From: Alphaproteobacteria bacterium
GTDB taxonomy: Bacteria; Pseudomonadota; Alphaproteobacteria; UBA7887
Length of the DNA: 64,000 nucleotides
Direction: 5' to 3'
Assembly (NCBI GenBank): GCA_965216755.1
Contig: CBDCGL010000011.1
Location: 1,056,001-1,120,000, forward strand
Made by a program: the position numbers and the translations under genes. Of the stretch, positions 61,005-64,000 are shown in pieces. The notes below the pieces were generated by a model. That model ran no database searches, was not told the origin of the DNA, and saw only the letters and a program-made list of their open reading frames with translations. Within the stretch, counting starts at the first letter, position 1, and each line of letters begins with the position of its first letter.

Positions 61005-61319
61005 GTGGCAAAGATCGACAAAGACGCATATCAGAGACGCTTGGAAAAGATTAGCGAGCTGTTTACCGACATGGTCGCCCATGCCGAAAAGGTGTCGCAG
61101 TTTCGCTGTCCGTACCGCAATAAGGCCGATCGCTGTACTGCCGAATTCCGCTGTCGAAACCAGAAAGATCCGGGTTCGCCAGACGAGCCTTTCATTTGTA
61201 GCCATGACGGCACGTTCGACCACCGCACGGCGTGGGAAACCAAGCCCAGCAGCCGTCGTCGCGCAAAACAAAGAATTCGTGACATAAAATCCGCCGCGGC
61301 GCAAAAGCGTCAGAAATAG
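61005..61319 (+). CDS. Small Cys4 hypothetical protein
   Basis: C-x8-C-x5-C-x14-C; fills the gap between the corrinoid protein and activator genes with 13-15 bp spacers. Confidence 0.75.
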   Translation: MAKIDKDAYQRRLEKISELFTDMVAHAEKVSQFRCPYRNKADRCTAEFRCRNQKDPGSPDEPFICSHDGTFDHRTAWETKPSSRRRAKQRIRDIKSAAAQKRQK

Positions 61320-61332
61320 CGGATAGAGTGAC

Positions 61333-62970
61333 GTGAGCACGGTTAGCCACGACCGTTGCGAAGCCGCGCCCGCCCCTGGCAGGACTCTGTTCGATTATGC
61401 GGATGAACTGGCGCTTGAGGTACCAACCTCGTGCCATCGCACCGGCCGGTGCCACGAATGTGTCGTGGAAGTGACCCGCGGTATGGATGCGCTAAGCGCG
61501 CCGACGGCATCGGAATCGTTTCTGCGGGATAACTACCGGCTGGCGTGCCAAGCGATCATCGAGAATATCCAAAGCGACATTGCCTTCACGCCTTTGCGTC
61601 GAAGACCACGCGTCTTGACGATTGGTGCTGACGCGCCGGATGGGACACTGGCGCCCCTCGTCACGCGGGCGAATGACCAAGTCCTCTATGACGGTAAAGT
61701 CATCGACCAATATCGCGGTCATATCTGTGGCCTGGCTGTCGACGTCGGAACAACAACAGTTGTCGTTGACTTGGTTGATTTGGAAACTGGAAGGAGTATC
61801 CAGACACGGGGATTTGAGAACCCGCAACGTTTCGCCGGCAGCGATATCATGCAGCGGATCGTCTATGACGGCGGACCCAATCGCGGTCGCCTCCAAGAAT
61901 CGGTGATCGCGGCGATCAACCGCGAACTGCGCACGATCGCGCGCGATCTGCATATTCCACGGCGCGCGATCTACGAAATCGTTGTCGCCGGGAACTCCAC
62001 CATGCGCGACATATTGTTTGGCCTCGATGTGCAGAGCATCGGTCAGAAGCCCTATAAGTCGGTGGTTGAGAGCGAATATCTCTCCGGACAGCGCGCGCAC
62101 ACGGCTTTATGTGGCAATGCCTGGCAATTGGGCGTGCGCGCCAATCGGCATGCAACTGTGTATGGTTTGCCCTTAATCGCTAGTCACGTGGGTGCCGACG
62201 CAGCCGCGGCGTTGGTTACCGCCGGGATGACCGAACCGACGGGTGAAACCGCGATGCTTATTGACATGGGCACCAATAGTGAAGTCGTGTTGCGCCATCG
62301 TGGAAAGCTGTTCGCTGCCTCATGCCCGGCCGGCCCGGCGTTCGAGGGGGGGTTGGTGAAATATGGCATGCCAGCCTGCGACGGGGCGATTGAAGCTATT
62401 TCCGTCGCCAATGGCGGACAGGGCTTTGCCTACCACACTATTGGCGATGTACCGCCAGAAGGGCTATGCGGATCGGGCCTGATTGACCTATTGGCCGAAC
62501 TGCGCCAGCACGAACGCCTCACTGCCAAAGGGGTGTTCGCCGAGGATCGCAAGAAGTTTGAAATAACGGTTGTACCTGACCGTGGCATCACGTTTTCAAA
62601 GGAGGACGCCAGTAACTTGGCGCAGGCGAAAGCGGCCAGCTATTGCGGCCAGCGCGTTTTGATGCAAACGGCCGGTGTCACACCGGCCGATATCGATCGA
62701 ATGTATCTCGCGGGTGGTTTCGCGAACTATGTTGACGTCAGCAATGCGATTGCCATCGGCCTTTTGGCTCCAGTACCAGAGGAACGCATCATCAAGGTCG
62801 GCAATGCCGCCATTCGCGGTACGCGCGCCGTCCTGTTGTCGAAAATAGCGCGCCGAAACCTTGAGCTCAGCGTCCAGGCGATCGCTCATGTTGAACTTGA
62901 AACGTCGCCTTCATTTTTCGACATGTTCGTCGAAGGTTGCCAATTCAAACCGATGCCCACCGCGAAATAG
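61333..62970 (+). CDS. Reductive activator of corrinoid proteins (RACo, ASKHA ATPase with N-terminal [2Fe-2S])
   Basis: CHRTGRCHEC...RLAC, DVGTTT, NPQ..AGSDI, GNSTM, DMGTNSE, AGPAFEG and GLCGSG. Confidence 0.93.
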   Translation: MSTVSHDRCEAAPAPGRTLFDYADELALEVPTSCHRTGRCHECVVEVTRGMDALSAPTASESFLRDNYRLACQAIIENIQSDIAFTPLRRRPRVLTIGADAPDGTLAPLVTRANDQVLYDGKVIDQYRGHICGLAVDVGTTTVVVDLVDLETGRSIQTRGFENPQRFAGSDIMQRIVYDGGPNRGRLQESVIAAINRELRTIARDLHIPRRAIYEIVVAGNSTMRDILFGLDVQSIGQKPYKSVVESEYLSGQRAHTALCGNAWQLGVRANRHATVYGLPLIASHVGADAAAALVTAGMTEPTGETAMLIDMGTNSEVVLRHRGKLFAASCPAGPAFEGGLVKYGMPACDGAIEAISVANGGQGFAYHTIGDVPPEGLCGSGLIDLLAELRQHERLTAKGVFAEDRKKFEITVVPDRGITFSKEDASNLAQAKAASYCGQRVLMQTAGVTPADIDRMYLAGGFANYVDVSNAIAIGLLAPVPEERIIKVGNAAIRGTRAVLLSKIARRNLELSVQAIAHVELETSPSFFDMFVEGCQFKPMPTAK

Positions 62971-62983
62971 CGAGGAAAAACTG

Positions 62984-64000
62984 ATGTCCGCGTCAGCTCA
63001 TTCAGATAGCCCACTTATTGTTATTGGTGAAAATATTCATACGACACGCGTGGTCCTGCGTCGCAGCAAGCGGTTTCACGAGGACAACGGTTTCGAGGCG
63101 ATTCGATATCAAACCGTCGACGGTGAGGAACGATTGTTGCCGGTCCCCGATACTATGAAGAACACGCAGGACTATGCTGAAGGACGGATGAAGCATGTCG
63201 CCATCGCGGTCAATACGGCCATGGGCAAAACGGATACGGATCCTGAAGAAGGCATGCTGTATTTGCGCCGTCTGGTTCACGATCAGGAACAGGCTTGCGC
63301 CGATTTCCTCGATGTCAATGTTGACGAAATTGCGATCAAAGACGAAGAACGTCTGGCCGCCATGCAGTGGCTCGCGCGTACAGTCGAGGCAATGACGGAT
63401 CTGCCGCTTGCCATCGATTCATCAAGCATTGAAGTGATCGAAGCAGGTTTGGACGTGCTCGACCGCCATGGCGGCCGGCCGATGCTGAATTCGGCATCGT
63501 TGGAGCGTTTGGACGCCTTGGATATCGCCCGGAAATGGGATACGCAGGTCGTGGTGACGGCTGCGGGTGAAGCCGGCATGCCCGACGGTACCGCACAACG
63601 TGTGGAGAACGCTTCGCGCATGGTTGACGCCGCACAAGACAAAGGCATTGCCCTGTCAGATATTTATATCGACCCGCTCATCTTCCCGATTTCGGTGGAC
63701 CAAGAAAGCGGCAATCATTGCCTCGATGCAATCCGAGCCTTGCGCGAAAAATACGGCCCAGAGATTCACATCACCGGCGGTATGAGCAATGTCTCCTTCG
63801 GCATCCCGGCCAGGCTGATTATCAACGATGTTTTTTTGCTGCTGGTCATGGATGCCGGCGCCGATAGCGGCATCATCGATCCTGTGTTGACCCCGCCGGC
63901 CAAACTGCGGCAAGTCGATCGTGAAACGCAAGCGTACAAACTTGCCGAAGATCTTTTGCTAGGGCGCGACAAGGACTGTCGCACTTTCATTCGCGCCTGG
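62984..64000 (+). CDS. Pterin-binding methyltetrahydrofolate:corrinoid methyltransferase (AcsE/MT2-like), partial at window end
   Basis: Translated by hand (absent from the ORF track): IVIGENIHTTR, FLDVNVD, AIDSS, MLNS, IDPL, GGMSNVSFG and GIIDP; open to the window end. Confidence 0.9.
   Translation, partial: MSASAHSDSPLIVIGENIHTTRVVLRRSKRFHEDNGFEAIRYQTVDGEERLLPVPDTMKNTQDYAEGRMKHVAIAVNTAMGKTDTDPEEGMLYLRRLVHDQEQACADFLDVNVDEIAIKDEERLAAMQWLARTVEAMTDLPLAIDSSSIEVIEAGLDVLDRHGGRPMLNSASLERLDALDIARKWDTQVVVTAAGEAGMPDGTAQRVENASRMVDAAQDKGIALSDIYIDPLIFPISVDQESGNHCLDAIRALREKYGPEIHITGGMSNVSFGIPARLIINDVFLLLVMDAGADSGIIDPVLTPPAKLRQVDRETQAYKLAEDLLLGRDKDCRTFIRAW

Noticed and set aside
1-64000. CRISPR arrays, tRNA/rRNA genes, transposases and Sec/Pyl read-through
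   Set aside because: No spaced direct-repeat array, structural RNA gene, transposase ORF or suggestive in-frame stop was found by eye.

Overview
GC-rich alphaproteobacterial chromosome segment; the flagellar gene order, sciP and CtrA-like boxes suggest a Rhodospirillales-like organism. From left to right: (1) 1-15.8 kb, a polar-flagellum cluster (fliK end, flgD, flgE, sciP, fliF-G-H-N, motA, flbD, flhA, flhF, flhG, a FliK-like protein and a QueF-fold orphan) with a 198-bp inverted-repeat element inside it; (2) an AT-rich 98-bp inverted-repeat element, then asnB and two glycosyltransferases; (3) 19.6-29.5 kb, two divergent hydantoinase/oxoprolinase-family pairs, one resembling caprolactamase CapAB, plus PxpB/PxpC-like genes; (4) housekeeping genes (DEAD-box helicase, pyrC); (5) an accessory zone with an AT-richer GGDEF-EAL gene, an FkbM-like gene, a reduced zinc-uptake (zrg-like) set and an MCP remnant; (6) glcB, an MFS/deacetylase pair, an Fnr-type regulator and a redox/detox operon; (7) 54.5-64 kb, a C1/methyl-transfer region. 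That last region holds a core MetE-like enzyme, a MetF-like protein and a tightly linked corrinoid-dependent methyltransferase cassette (hypothetical, MtaA/CmuA-family MT, corrinoid protein, small Cys4 protein, RACo activator, pterin-binding MT) that runs off the window end. The cassette is the most interesting item: its make-up resembles halomethane (mec/cmu-type) methyl-transfer systems, but the substrate cannot be read from sequence. All family assignments come from motif recognition by eye; no database searches were run.
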